Positions 10,679-20,421 of a stretch of DNA of 64,000 nt are shown here, in pieces. Each line of letters starts with the position of its first letter. Position 1 is the first letter of the stretch. This DNA is from Minisyncoccota bacterium. Lineage in GTDB: Bacteria > Patescibacteriota > Minisyncoccia > Phycocordibacterales > VMEP01. The notes beneath the pieces are model-generated. The model was given only the letters and a program-made list of their open reading frames with translations, had not been told where the DNA came from and searched no databases. Position numbers and translations under genes: made by a program. The DNA is taken from positions 33,591 through 97,590 of the forward strand of contig JBAZUR010000001.1 of the NCBI GenBank assembly GCA_041661305.1. The letters are read 5' to 3'.

Positions 10679-12475
10679 ATGAGTTTAAAACACATTCGTA
10701 ATTTTAGTATTATCGCGCATATTGATCACGGCAAGTCGACCTTGGCCGATCGTTTGCTTGACGCAACCCACACAATCGAAAAGCGCAAAATGCGCGACCA
10801 AGTCTTGGATCGTATGGACTTAGAGCGCGAGCGTGGCATTACCATCAAAATGACACCTGTCCGTATGGATTATATGGTGGATGGGGAATCGTATGTATTA
10901 AATTTGATTGATACCCCAGGGCATATAGATTTTTCGTACGAAGTTTCCAGGGCACTACAGGCTGTTGAAGGATCGCTTTTACTTGTCGACTCAACGCAAG
11001 GTGTGCAGGCTCAAACTCTTACAACTCTTGCAATGGCCAAAGAGCTTGGGGTTAAGATTATCCCCGTTGTGACTAAAATAGATTCTCCAATATCCCGCGT
11101 TGAGGAAGTTAAGCATGAGGTTATGAATTTACTAGACTGTGAAGAAAGTGATATTTTGGCTGTTTCTGGAAAAACCGGTGAGGGGGTTGAGGAACTACTT
11201 CGGGCGGTAGTAAAACGTGTTCCTCCACCAAAAGAGGAGTATCATGAAAAAAATAATTTCAGAGCATTGGTTTTTGATTTTGAATATTCAAACCATCAAG
11301 GGGTTATCGTTTACGTGAGAGTTTTGGATGGTGAAATTAAAAAAGGGGATGATTTATCTTTTCGCGAAGCAAACGAGAGGTTTATTTCAGCCGATGTTGG
11401 AATTTTCACTCCCGAGAAAAAACCTGCGGATAAACTTTCTGCGGGAGAAATTGGTTATATTGTTACGGCAATCAAAAAACCCGGCATCGCTTCTGTTGGA
11501 GATACAATTACGCTAACAAAAAATCCATTACCCGCACTTCCGGGATATCAAAATCCAAGACCGGTTGTTTGGGCTTCGCTTTATCCAGAAAGTCAGGATG
11601 ACTTTGATCTCCTAAAAGAATCATTGGTTAGACTTAAATTATCTGACTCGTCTCTTTCTTTTGAGGAAGAAGTTTCAGGCTCTCTTGGTCGCGGTTTTCG
11701 TTGTGGTTTTCTCGGGATGCTTCACTTGGAAATTGTGACCGAGCGGTTAAGGAGAGAATTTAATCTTGAGCTTATTGTCACATCGCCATCTATTAATTAC
11801 GAAGTTGTTTATCAGGGAGGGAAGAGGGAAAAAATTTATTCCCCACATCTTTTTCCAAGAGATGGAACTTACGCGGAAGCCTTTGAGCCGTGGGCCTCGA
11901 TTACACTCATTACACCGCCAGATTATGTGGGTGGAATTATGCAACTTTTATATGAACACGAAGCAGAGGTTGGAGAATCAAGTATATTCGGAGACAACCG
12001 CGTTTCGATTGGTGCGAGGGTTCCACTTCGTGAATTGATGAGAAATTTTTTCGATGAACTGAAAAGCGTGTCGTCTGGTTTCGCCTCCCTTTCCTATGAT
12101 ATCAATGAGATGCGCAAGGCTGATGTTACTAGGCTTGATGTTGTTGTTGCGGACGAAGTTGTTCCGGCTTTTACCCGCGTTATCTCGCGTAGAAGGGCGC
12201 AGGAAGACGCGGAAAAAGCAGTTGAAAAATTGCACCAAGTTCTTCCAAGACAGCTTTTTGAGGTCAAAATTCAAGCTACAGCGCTCGGGAGAATCCTTTC
12301 GTCCCGTAGTTTAAAAGCACTAAGGAAGGACGTTACAGGGTATCTTTACGGAGGCGATATTACGCGAAAAATGAAGCTTAGAGAGAAGCAAAAGAAAGGA
12401 AAGAAGAGAATGAAAGCGGGAGGCAGAGTTAATATACCTAAAGAGGTATTTTTGACGATGATGAAAAATCAGTAG
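10679..12475 (+). CDS. lepA: Elongation factor 4
   Basis: IRNFSIIAHIDHGKSTLADR; GFRCGFLGMLH; YGGDITRKMKL. Confidence 0.98.
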   Translation: MSLKHIRNFSIIAHIDHGKSTLADRLLDATHTIEKRKMRDQVLDRMDLERERGITIKMTPVRMDYMVDGESYVLNLIDTPGHIDFSYEVSRALQAVEGSLLLVDSTQGVQAQTLTTLAMAKELGVKIIPVVTKIDSPISRVEEVKHEVMNLLDCEESDILAVSGKTGEGVEELLRAVVKRVPPPKEEYHEKNNFRALVFDFEYSNHQGVIVYVRVLDGEIKKGDDLSFREANERFISADVGIFTPEKKPADKLSAGEIGYIVTAIKKPGIASVGDTITLTKNPLPALPGYQNPRPVVWASLYPESQDDFDLLKESLVRLKLSDSSLSFEEEVSGSLGRGFRCGFLGMLHLEIVTERLRREFNLELIVTSPSINYEVVYQGGKREKIYSPHLFPRDGTYAEAFEPWASITLITPPDYVGGIMQLLYEHEAEVGESSIFGDNRVSIGARVPLRELMRNFFDELKSVSSGFASLSYDINEMRKADVTRLDVVVADEVVPAFTRVISRRRAQEDAEKAVEKLHQVLPRQLFEVKIQATALGRILSSRSLKALRKDVTGYLYGGDITRKMKLREKQKKGKKRMKAGGRVNIPKEVFLTMMKNQ

Positions 12476-12629
12476 AGTTTAGCTAAAAAGAGGAGCGAGG
12501 TATAACAAAATCATACTCACCACAACGAGCAAACTCACTATTATCCAAGTGATTCTGACGACTTTACGGTTTCCTTTGTTGAATATCATATAATATCTAA
12601 AGTTTAATTAAGGGTTATAATATCAGAAA

Positions 12630-12992
12630 ATGCTCGAATTTCAAGACAAAAAGAGGTTTCGCCGTATTTTGTACTCTAGGGTTACGTTTGGGATAGTTTT
12701 TTTCTTTTGTTTACTCATTGGGAACGCGACATTTGATATGTATCAAACCAATCGCTTAACCGCAGATAAAAGAAAAATTGCTGAAGATGAGTTGCTTGCA
12801 GTCCAAATAAGGGAAGAATCCCTTCGGGCACAAATCGGAACACTTAAAACCGAGAGAGGAATTGAAGAGGAACTCAGAACAAAATTTAGGGTTGTTAAAA
12901 ATGGGGAAGGAGTTATTATTGTCGTTGAAGAGGAAGAAAAAAAGGCAACAACATCGAAGTCGTGGCTCAGTAAGTTTTTTGAATTTTTTTGA
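12630..12992 (+). CDS. Septum formation initiator (FtsB/DivIC-like)
   Basis: TM segment, coiled coil, then IEEELRTKFRVVKNGE. Confidence 0.7.
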   Translation: MLEFQDKKRFRRILYSRVTFGIVFFFCLLIGNATFDMYQTNRLTADKRKIAEDELLAVQIREESLRAQIGTLKTERGIEEELRTKFRVVKNGEGVIIVVEEEEKKATTSKSWLSKFFEFF

Positions 12993-13007
12993 ATCAATTT
13001 TAATTTT

Positions 13008-13078
13008 GCGGGTATGGTTTAGTGGCAGAATGCGACCTTCCCAAGGTTGAGACCCGGGTTCAATTCCCGGTACCCGCA
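13008..13078 (+). tRNA. tRNA-Gly(CCC)
   Basis: Cloverleaf; anticodon arm cgacc-ttCCCaa-ggttg; no encoded CCA. Confidence 0.95.
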
Positions 13079-13100
13079 CAGATTGAGTAAAGTGAAAAGC

Positions 13101-13144
13101 TGTGCGGGTAAGCGAGCAAACTGCTTTGCTCGCTTACCCGCACA
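13101..13144 (+). repeat. Truncated tRNA-associated element (Gly copy)
   Basis: Perfect palindrome tgtgcgggtaagcgagcaaa-ctgc-tttgctcgcttacccgcaca. Its ends match the tRNA-Gly 3' end and it has the same AACTGCTT loop as other copies. Confidence 0.75.
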
Positions 13145-13213
13145 AAATTTAATATTTATTACCATTTTAAGTTTGTGATATAATCAGCATTCATTAAAAA
13201 TAGTAAAAATTAT

Positions 13214-13447
13214 ATGAAAAAAGTCACTATTTATAGCACCCCAACTTGTGTTTACTGCAATATGGCCAAAAATTATTTCAAAGATAAGAATGTTTCCTTT
13301 GAAGAGTTTAATGTTGCACAAGATATGGAAAGACAAAAAGAAATGATTAACCTAACGGGACAACGTGGAGTTCCAGTTATCGTGATAGAAGGGGAAGCCA
13401 TTGTTGGATTTAATAAGCCAAGAGTAGAAGAATTGCTTGGTTTGTAG
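13214..13447 (+). CDS. Glutaredoxin-like protein (NrdH/YruB type)
   Basis: CVYC active site; GQRGVPV. Confidence 0.92.
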   Translation: MKKVTIYSTPTCVYCNMAKNYFKDKNVSFEEFNVAQDMERQKEMINLTGQRGVPVIVIEGEAIVGFNKPRVEELLGL

Positions 13448-13544
13448 AGCTAATTTAAAGGAATTAAGGCCAAAAAACACTAGGATTTCTAGTGTTTTTT
13501 GTTGAATCTAAGGTAAGATATAACGGTAATTAAATAGACAGAAG

Positions 13545-13616
13545 GCCCTCGTAGTTAAATGGATATAACTACCCCGTCCTAAGGGGTAATTGTGGGTTCG
13601 ATTCCTGCCGAGGGCA
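13545..13616 (+). tRNA. tRNA-Arg(CCT)
   Basis: Cloverleaf; acccc-gtCCTaa-ggggt. Confidence 0.93.
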
Positions 13617-13880
13617 TAAAATAAAGAAGACGGCTAGCGAGCCGTTCTTCTTTATTTTATGCCCGAGAGCGACTGAACTGCTTCAGTCGCGTGCAGGAAT
13701 CGAAAGGCGGAACTATGTTTTTGTAGCAACAAAAACAAGTGAGCCGGGGTCGAGGAAATTTTGAGTGGCGACGAAAAATTATCCGTGACCGAAAGCGTAC
13801 TCGCGATTCCTGCTGAATTGTTTTTCCGTGGTCAAGAAAATTTTGTCTTCAAAATTATTAGTGACCGATTCCTGCCAATG
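13617..13880 (+). repeat. tRNA-associated structured element (Arg copy, plus a partial second core)
   Basis: Antisense tRNA end tgccc..[hairpin]..gcaggaatcgaa, core aggcggaac...gagccggggtcgagg...ccgtgac, then a second core end gtgac-cgattcctgcc. Confidence 0.85.
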
Positions 13881-14035
13881 GTACAAATCAACACTATTGC
13901 TTTTTTTATCCGGTATTGTATAGTTTGGGCTGGTTTTACCCATTTAATCTTAACAAGAAAGGTGGACAAGTTCTTTAAGCCTAACAAGCTTTGGAGGTTT
14001 TTAATTGTTTAAAAACATACAATAAGGAAACAGTC

Positions 14036-14464
14036 ATGCAAGATTCGCAAACTGTATCAGGAACAAAACCTGCCACCGGAAAGAAGGCCAAGCCAGCTTT
14101 CGGCAGGAAGAAGGTTACCCGCGTCGATCTTTTTTTCGACAAGGAAACCCCGGCTCCGTACCAGCGTCCGGCCGTCGCGTATTCGCCGGGTTTTACGGCG
14201 CGTTACATGATTCCGTGTCGTGTCGGGGAAAATGGCAGAATCAACGCCAACCTTTCCGAGCTTTGTGGCTTTCTCCGCAACAGCAATGTTTCGGTCATCG
14301 GCAAAAAGAAGGTGGTCGAGATCGAAGCGAAAAGGGGTCGGCACATGCGCCGAATGAAGCGCGAGGTCATTGACCCGGGCCCTGATTGCGAGGTCGTCGT
14401 CTTCACGAATATGACGACACCGCACTGTTACGCCCTGAAGTCACAGGTCGTGAGCGGCCTGTAG
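14036..14464 (+). CDS. Hypothetical basic protein (GC-rich orphan)
   Basis: ORF with an AAGGA SD motif and a downstream hairpin aggcgcgc..gcgcgcct. Confidence 0.65.
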   Translation: MQDSQTVSGTKPATGKKAKPAFGRKKVTRVDLFFDKETPAPYQRPAVAYSPGFTARYMIPCRVGENGRINANLSELCGFLRNSNVSVIGKKKVVEIEAKRGRHMRRMKREVIDPGPDCEVVVFTNMTTPHCYALKSQVVSGL

Positions 14465-14551
14465 AAATGGCCAATAAGTAGTAGGAGGCGCGCTTAAAAC
14501 AGCGCGCCTTTAACATTTATCACCGGTTATCTATGTGCTATAGTATTTGTT

Positions 14552-14854
14552 ATGGATCAGGAATTGCGTGAGTTGCTTGAAAAAACCCTTAAGATATCGG
14601 AGGAAAATAACGATTTGTTGAAGAAAATGCATCGCTCTCAGCGATGGTCTATGGTAATGAGTGCAATGTACTGGCTCTTCATTGTCGGTATTACTTTTGG
14701 GGTATATTACTATCTTCAGCCATACATTACGACACTTCTTGAAACATACACTAGTTTAATTGGTGGGATTGAGGATATTCAGCAAAAAACTCAATCATTT
14801 CCAGATGCGAATATTATCAGTGACTTTTTGAAAGGACTGAATGTTCAGAGATAA
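14552..14854 (+). CDS. Hypothetical single-TM protein
   Basis: Coiled coil plus one TM segment; host-like codon usage. Confidence 0.75.
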   Translation: MDQELRELLEKTLKISEENNDLLKKMHRSQRWSMVMSAMYWLFIVGITFGVYYYLQPYITTLLETYTSLIGGIEDIQQKTQSFPDANIISDFLKGLNVQR

Positions 14855-14865
14855 AAAATAAATAT

Positions 14866-14941
14866 GCCGAGATAGCTCAGTTGGTAGAGCATTTCCCTGA
14901 AGAGGAAGGGGTCGCCGGTTCGAATCCGGCTCTCGGCACCA
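14866..14941 (+). tRNA. tRNA-Phe(GAA)
   Basis: Cloverleaf; ctGAAga loop; encoded CCA. Confidence 0.95.
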
Positions 14942-14991
14942 CAACAACACCATACAATAAAAAATCCGCGTAAGCGGATTTTTTATTGTAT

Positions 14992-15462
14992 TTAAATTGA
15001 CCTAACTTTTAGTTTCGTTTGCTTTTCGCGGTCAACTTTTGGAAGGCGAATAACGAGTAGCCCGTGCTTTTCAATGGCTTCTGTTTCCTCCGGCTCTATT
15101 TCTTGTGGAAGCATTATTGTTCGAGAGAATGAGCCCCAATACAGTTCGTGATAGAAATAATCGTCTTCTTCACCTTCTTTGTTTTCCTCTCTTTTACCCT
15201 TGATTGTTACCATGTCGCGAGTTATGGAGATTTGAAGATCGTCTGGCTTTACTCCAGCAACAATAGATTTGATTATTATTTCAGTTGGTGTTTGGTAAAC
15301 ATCAACAGTTAGTTGTGCGTCCTCAGCCTCTTCTTCCATCCAAGGAGCTGTGCCCTTATGGGTTCCTTTTTCGTCGTCTTGTTCAAGAGTTTCCTCGTTA
15401 TCGTCATTTAAAGAAACACTCCCAGTTAATTTTTCGAAAAATGATCGTTTGTCTTTAGACAT
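14992..15462 (-). CDS. Hsp20/alpha-crystallin small heat-shock protein
   Basis: VDVYQT...AGVKPDD...GSFSRTIMLP...GLLVIRLPK. Confidence 0.92.
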   Translation of the reverse strand: MSKDKRSFFEKLTGSVSLNDDNEETLEQDDEKGTHKGTAPWMEEEAEDAQLTVDVYQTPTEIIIKSIVAGVKPDDLQISITRDMVTIKGKREENKEGEEDDYFYHELYWGSFSRTIMLPQEIEPEETEAIEKHGLLVIRLPKVDREKQTKLKVRSI

Positions 15463-15492
15463 AAAGGCTTTGGTTTATTATTTATTAAAAAT

Positions 15493-16191
15493 TTACTCTT
15501 TTATTTGTTTTATTTTTTCAAAGACAAGAAGGATTAAGACTGCGACAATCCAAAAAAATGCAAATACTCCAAGTACATTATTGTGTTCGTCATTCATTAT
15601 AAAAAAATTAAACAAAGTATGCAATGCAGTTGCAGCAAATAGACCTAAAATAAGCGCAATGGTGCGAATATAACTTCTTGCATAAAAAGCAAGCCCAAGC
15701 GCTATCCCAATAAGAGCACTACCTTCTGCGTGTAGTACAGCTGCCCCAAGGAACCTAAGATTTCCAGTTATGAATCCTTCCGCCAAGTTTCCATTTTCTA
15801 TCGGGTCAATTAAAAATAATGCATTTTCAGCAGCAGCGAAACCCAACGCAGCAGTAATGAGATACATCGCGCAGTCTATTGGCTCATCAAGAAAACGACT
15901 TGACCAAACAATTATGAAAAATGCTAAAAATTTTATTACCTCTTCTATGAATGCCCAAGCCGATAAGGTCTGCACACCTTCTTCGAGAAAAGATTGAACA
16001 TATTGTTGAAGGGGAATGACAAACGCAACACTCAGCATCCCAACTATAAAAACGAAAGCGAGAAGTCTTTTTGGTTCAGGATTTAATTTATCTTGTCTCA
16101 ACCAAAACCAAAGCCAAAATATTGCCGGCAAAACTCCACCTAATAAAGAATAAAAATAAGCATCTATGTTGGGGAGTATCATATTGGCCAT
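15493..16191 (-). CDS. PrsW-family intramembrane metalloprotease
   Basis: EEVIK, GFAAAEN and LHTLFN motifs. Confidence 0.9.
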   Translation of the reverse strand: MANMILPNIDAYFYSLLGGVLPAIFWLWFWLRQDKLNPEPKRLLAFVFIVGMLSVAFVIPLQQYVQSFLEEGVQTLSAWAFIEEVIKFLAFFIIVWSSRFLDEPIDCAMYLITAALGFAAAENALFLIDPIENGNLAEGFITGNLRFLGAAVLHAEGSALIGIALGLAFYARSYIRTIALILGLFAATALHTLFNFFIMNDEHNNVLGVFAFFWIVAVLILLVFEKIKQIKE

Positions 16192-18371
16192 TTCTCAATC
16201 ATTAATATTTTATGACCTTTTGATGGTGAGTTGGGAAGTAGTTGCCAAATTGACTCTGTTACGAAGGGCATAAACGGGTGAAGCGCTTTTAATAAGTTGT
16301 GAAGTATGTTTTTAAGCATAAATGCTGTAGCGTTTATGTCATCTTGATCAGAACCACCTAAATGAGTTTTGCTTTCCTCGATTATTTTATCGGCGAAAAC
16401 GTGCCAGGTATAATGATATAGTTTTTCGCCAGCTAAGTAGAAACGATAGTTTTCAATGTCCCCAGTAATTTCAGCTAAAATATTTTCAAAATCTTTCATT
16501 TGTTTAGACTGCCAGTTTCCTAGTTTTATATCTTCAGTTTTTATGTTTTCGGTATTCTCAAGAACAAAACGTGCGATGTTCCAAAGTTTGTTGCCGAAGT
16601 TTTTGTAGCCGCGTATTTTGTCCTCAGAAATTTTTGAGTCATTCCCAGGAGCAGTTCCGATGATAAGTGAGAGACGTACTGCGTCTGTGCTGAATTTATC
16701 CGACATGTTAACTGGATCAATAATATTTCCAAGAGATTTGGACATCTTGCGTCCTTGCCCATCACGAACCAATCCATGTAGATAAACTTTTTTGAATGGA
16801 ATTTGTCCCGTTAGATAAGTACTCATTAAGATCATTCTTGCTACCCAGAAAAATAAGATGTCATATCCAGTTTCAAGAACATCAGTTGGGTGATAGTTTT
16901 TTAAATCATTAGTTTTTTCTGGCCACCCCAAGGTTGAGAAAGTCCAAAGACCAGATGAAAACCAAGTATCAAGGGTGTCTGGGTCTTGTTCCCACCCATC
17001 TCCTTCTGGGGTTTCCACTCCTGTATAAGTTTCGTCACCACGGTACCAAACAGGGATACGGTGCCCATACCATATTTGCCTTGAGATACACCAGTCCCTT
17101 AGGTTATTTATCCAGTGGAAATAAATTTTTGAGAAATGCTCGGGAATAATTTCTACCTGACCATTTTCAACAACCTGAATCATTAACTTTTTTAGTGTTA
17201 CTGTGTCTCCTGATGAGATACCGTTTATTTCCGAGTATGGTAGTTTAAATTCCTTGTTAACATCCACAAACCACTGCATCATAATTTGAGGTTCTATGAT
17301 TCCACCACCGCGACTATCCGTTGCAATGTTGTGGATATAGTCTTCATCGGTCTTTACAAGCAATCCTTTACTTTTTAATTTTTCTACGATAAGTGGACGA
17401 GCTTTTTTTATATGTAACCCAGCAAATTCTCCAGCAATCGGAAGGAGCTTACCCTTGTAATCAATAACCTGTTCTTTATCAAGATTGTGCCTCTCTGCGA
17501 TTTCAAAGTCGACAGCATCGTGCCATGGAGTGATTGTCATAACACCAGTTCCAAATTCCATATCAACTGCCGCGTCTTTTATGATAGTTGCTTTAATTGG
17601 ACCATTTATCCACTCCAGCTCTATTTGTTGTCCCTCCGTATACTCCGCATAACGTTTGTCGTCTGGGTGCATCACGATATATTTATCCCCGAATTTTGTT
17701 TCTGGGCGTGCTGTACTAATAACGAACGGACCGTATTTAAAATAATAAAAAGATGTTTTTTCTTCCACGCGCTCAATCTCTTCGTCGGAAACTGTTGTTT
17801 GGAGTTTTGGATCCCAGTTAACAATGCGATGTCCACGGTAGATTAATTCGTCATCATACATTTTTTTGAAGGCCGTTTTGACCGCAAGATTTCTTTCTTT
17901 ATCAAGAGTGTATGCTTCACGGCTCCAGTCTATCGATGAACCCATTCGTTTGATTTGGTTAACAATTGTGTCGTGACTATCTTGAGCGAAATCTTCTACT
18001 CGTTTCAGAAAAATTTCACGCCCTAGGTCGTGGCGAGTTTTTTCTTCTTTTTTGTAAAGTTCCTTTTCAACTTTTTCCTGAGTGGCTATTGCGGCATGGT
18101 CTGTTCCTGGTAGCCAAAGTGTGCGTTTTCCACGCATGCGATTAAAACGCACCAGTATATCTTCTATGGCTAACATTGCAGCGTGCCCTATGTGTAATGT
18201 GCCGGTAACGTTTGGTGGAGGGAGAACGATTGAAAAAATTTCAGCATTGCTTTCGGTCACACCTTTTTCAACGCAAACATCTGGATTAAAAAATCCGCTA
18301 TTTTCCCAGAGTTTATAGATATTAGACTCAGTCTCTTTAGGGTCGTACGGCTTAAGGAATTTTCCGTCCAT
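16179..18371 (-). CDS. valS: Valine--tRNA ligase (short form)
   Basis: PPPNVTGTLHIGHA, DWCISRQIWYGH, KMSKS. Confidence 0.97.
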   Translation of the reverse strand: MDGKFLKPYDPKETESNIYKLWENSGFFNPDVCVEKGVTESNAEIFSIVLPPPNVTGTLHIGHAAMLAIEDILVRFNRMRGKRTLWLPGTDHAAIATQEKVEKELYKKEEKTRHDLGREIFLKRVEDFAQDSHDTIVNQIKRMGSSIDWSREAYTLDKERNLAVKTAFKKMYDDELIYRGHRIVNWDPKLQTTVSDEEIERVEEKTSFYYFKYGPFVISTARPETKFGDKYIVMHPDDKRYAEYTEGQQIELEWINGPIKATIIKDAAVDMEFGTGVMTITPWHDAVDFEIAERHNLDKEQVIDYKGKLLPIAGEFAGLHIKKARPLIVEKLKSKGLLVKTDEDYIHNIATDSRGGGIIEPQIMMQWFVDVNKEFKLPYSEINGISSGDTVTLKKLMIQVVENGQVEIIPEHFSKIYFHWINNLRDWCISRQIWYGHRIPVWYRGDETYTGVETPEGDGWEQDPDTLDTWFSSGLWTFSTLGWPEKTNDLKNYHPTDVLETGYDILFFWVARMILMSTYLTGQIPFKKVYLHGLVRDGQGRKMSKSLGNIIDPVNMSDKFSTDAVRLSLIIGTAPGNDSKISEDKIRGYKNFGNKLWNIARFVLENTENIKTEDIKLGNWQSKQMKDFENILAEITGDIENYRFYLAGEKLYHYTWHVFADKIIEESKTHLGGSDQDDINATAFMLKNILHNLLKALHPFMPFVTESIWQLLPNSPSKGHKILMIEKWPI

Positions 18372-18484
18372 AATGACAAAATCATATCATAAATAAGGGT
18401 TTTTTCTACCGTGCTTTACTTTCTGCATCTTTTGTTGTACAATAACCAGAGGTTTTGTTGTAAACGTTGAAAAGGAGCATGGCC

Positions 18485-18886
18485 ATGAGTGAGAAACAAA
18501 AAACAGATGGGGCCTTCCTAGAGATTTTTGGAAATCCAGTGGACAATGGATATTCTCCAGACATCTCGTTCGTTGGGGAACTTCTTGTGGCCCTCGAAGA
18601 TTTCAGGTTCGGAAGCTCTTTTGGGAAAAAGAGTAAGTCTGAAATCGAGAGAGGTCGTCGCGCATGGGAAAGCCAAAAAAAATGTGCTTTTGCTGTGTTG
18701 CGAAAGAGTCCAAGAATTTGCCACGCGAACAGTGTCCTAAGGGAACACTTGGTTCATCGGCACTTCATCTCCGTTTTGATCACGGACAAAGAATGGTCGG
18801 AGGTGTGGAAGAAGTTTCGGGAAAACTGCAAAGCCAACCCGAAGCTCATTTCATACATCGACCGAACCTTGGTCCATGTCGCCTAA
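18485..18886 (+). CDS. Hypothetical protein (orphan)
   Basis: ORF with an AAGGAG SD motif; the ORF track starts at 18467. Confidence 0.6.
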   Translation: MSEKQKTDGAFLEIFGNPVDNGYSPDISFVGELLVALEDFRFGSSFGKKSKSEIERGRRAWESQKKCAFAVLRKSPRICHANSVLREHLVHRHFISVLITDKEWSEVWKKFRENCKANPKLISYIDRTLVHVA

Positions 18887-20070
18887 AACGAGAGATTGCC
18901 ATCAGCGCGGATCCTAGAAAGGGGGACCCGCGCTTTTAATTTGTCTGATTTAAAATATCCAGCAAGTCCAATCATGATTGCATTGTCGGTTGTTAGTGTT
19001 TGAGAGGGAACAAAGAGTGCAGTTTTTGGAAAATCATTCTTAATTGTTTTTTCAAACGAAGAACGAATGTGTTTGTTGGCTGACACACCGCCCCCGAGTG
19101 TAAATGTTTTTACGCCAAATTTTTCTATAGCCTTAGAGCTTTTTGAAACAAGAACTTCTGTCGCTGAATTTTCAAATTCACACGCAATTGATTCTTTAAT
19201 AGATTCGCTCATCTTCGGGATTTTTTTAATAGTATACAAGACAGCGGTTTTCAACCCAGCAAAAGAGAAATCAAAATCTTTTGAATTGAGCATTGGACGA
19301 GGAAGGGGATATAAAGATTTTTCGTCTCCGTACTCTCCTCGATATTTTTCGGCAAGACGCGATATGTGAGGACCACCCGGATATGGGAGAGAAAGCATTC
19401 TGGCTACTTTGTCGAAAGCTTCGCCGACGGCATCATCTCTTGTTTGTCCAACTACTTTGTAAACACCCCATTTTTTAGCCAAAACAAGCTCTGTGTGGCC
19501 ACCGGAGATAAGAAGTGAGAGCATTGGGAATATAGGCTTTTTGAGCGAAAATTTCTCTCCTGTGGAGCCCTTAAGGAGTGAGGCGAGTAGATGCCCCTCC
19601 ATATGGTTTGCTGGAATAACAGGTATACCCCAGATGAAATTTAGCGCTTTAGCAAAATTGATACCAACCCAAAGCGCTGGCTCAAGACCTGGGCCACTTG
19701 TTACAACAATTAGGTCAATTTTCGGAATTTTTATTTGTGGTAAATCGGAGCACATCAATTCAAAAAGTTCGTGCTCGTGTGAGAGTAAAGTTTTTAGTTT
19801 ATTTATTGTCTTAGTGTCAAAAGATTTAGTTTTGTTGGTTTTTAGTAAACCACTCTTTTTGAGTGCAGTTTTTAAAATTGGAAGAAGATTTTTTGAGTGT
19901 TCGCGTTTTGCTAGTGCTGGGTATACACCACCATATTGTTCGTGGATTTCTATTTGAGAAATTAGGGCGTTACCCAAAACAGAAACTTTTGTTTCAGTTT
20001 TAGTTTCCTTAATGTCTAAAATCGCAATCGCGGTTTCATCGCACGATGTTTCTATGGCTAGTATTTTCAT
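18883..20070 (-). CDS. tsaD: tRNA N6-adenosine threonylcarbamoyltransferase
   Basis: AIETSCDET, NHMEGH, SGGHT, DDAVGEAFDK, DNAIMI. Confidence 0.97.
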   Translation of the reverse strand: MKILAIETSCDETAIAILDIKETKTETKVSVLGNALISQIEIHEQYGGVYPALAKREHSKNLLPILKTALKKSGLLKTNKTKSFDTKTINKLKTLLSHEHELFELMCSDLPQIKIPKIDLIVVTSGPGLEPALWVGINFAKALNFIWGIPVIPANHMEGHLLASLLKGSTGEKFSLKKPIFPMLSLLISGGHTELVLAKKWGVYKVVGQTRDDAVGEAFDKVARMLSLPYPGGPHISRLAEKYRGEYGDEKSLYPLPRPMLNSKDFDFSFAGLKTAVLYTIKKIPKMSESIKESIACEFENSATEVLVSKSSKAIEKFGVKTFTLGGGVSANKHIRSSFEKTIKNDFPKTALFVPSQTLTTDNAIMIGLAGYFKSDKLKARVPLSRIRADGNLSF

Positions 20071-20107
20071 GGGATGGTTAAAGTTTTTGAAAAATTAAAA
20101 GTAAATG

Positions 20108-20260
20108 TGATAGAGGGGTCGGTCACGGATATTTTTCTGCTGAAAAATTCCGCGACCCCGTCTCGTCTGTCCTCACAGACTGCGACTTTCGACTTCTCGC
20201 GCAAGTGAATTTGTTACTTGCTTATCGCGCACATAAAAATGCGCTTCTCTTATTTTTAGG
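20108..20260 (-). repeat. tRNA-associated structured element (Val copy)
   Basis: Minus strand: tgcgcgata-[hairpin]-gagaagtcgaa, core ...gagacggggtcgcgg...ccgtgac, then cgacccctctatc (repeat of the tRNA end). Confidence 0.85.
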
Positions 20261-20333
20261 TGCGCGATAGAGGAGTCGAACCTCTGACCTACCCCACGTC
20301 AAGGGGTCGCTCTACCAACTGAGCTAACCGCGC
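20261..20333 (-). tRNA. tRNA-Val(GAC)
   Basis: Cloverleaf on the minus strand; ttGACgt loop. Confidence 0.95.
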
Positions 20334-20421
20334 GTATAAATACAAAATAACTAACAATTAAGCATAATAATGGTTTTTTAACGATTTGAATAGGGTTAAA
20401 TTTTGACGTCTAAAGATTAGG

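Noticed and set aside
12756-13079. ORFs overlapping tRNA or rnpB genes (also 6035-6334, 29908 N-terminus, 51650, 61954, 63188)
   Set aside because: Shadow translations of RNA genes.
13761-14012. 83-aa ORF
   Set aside because: Starts inside the tRNA-associated repeat and has no protein-like features.
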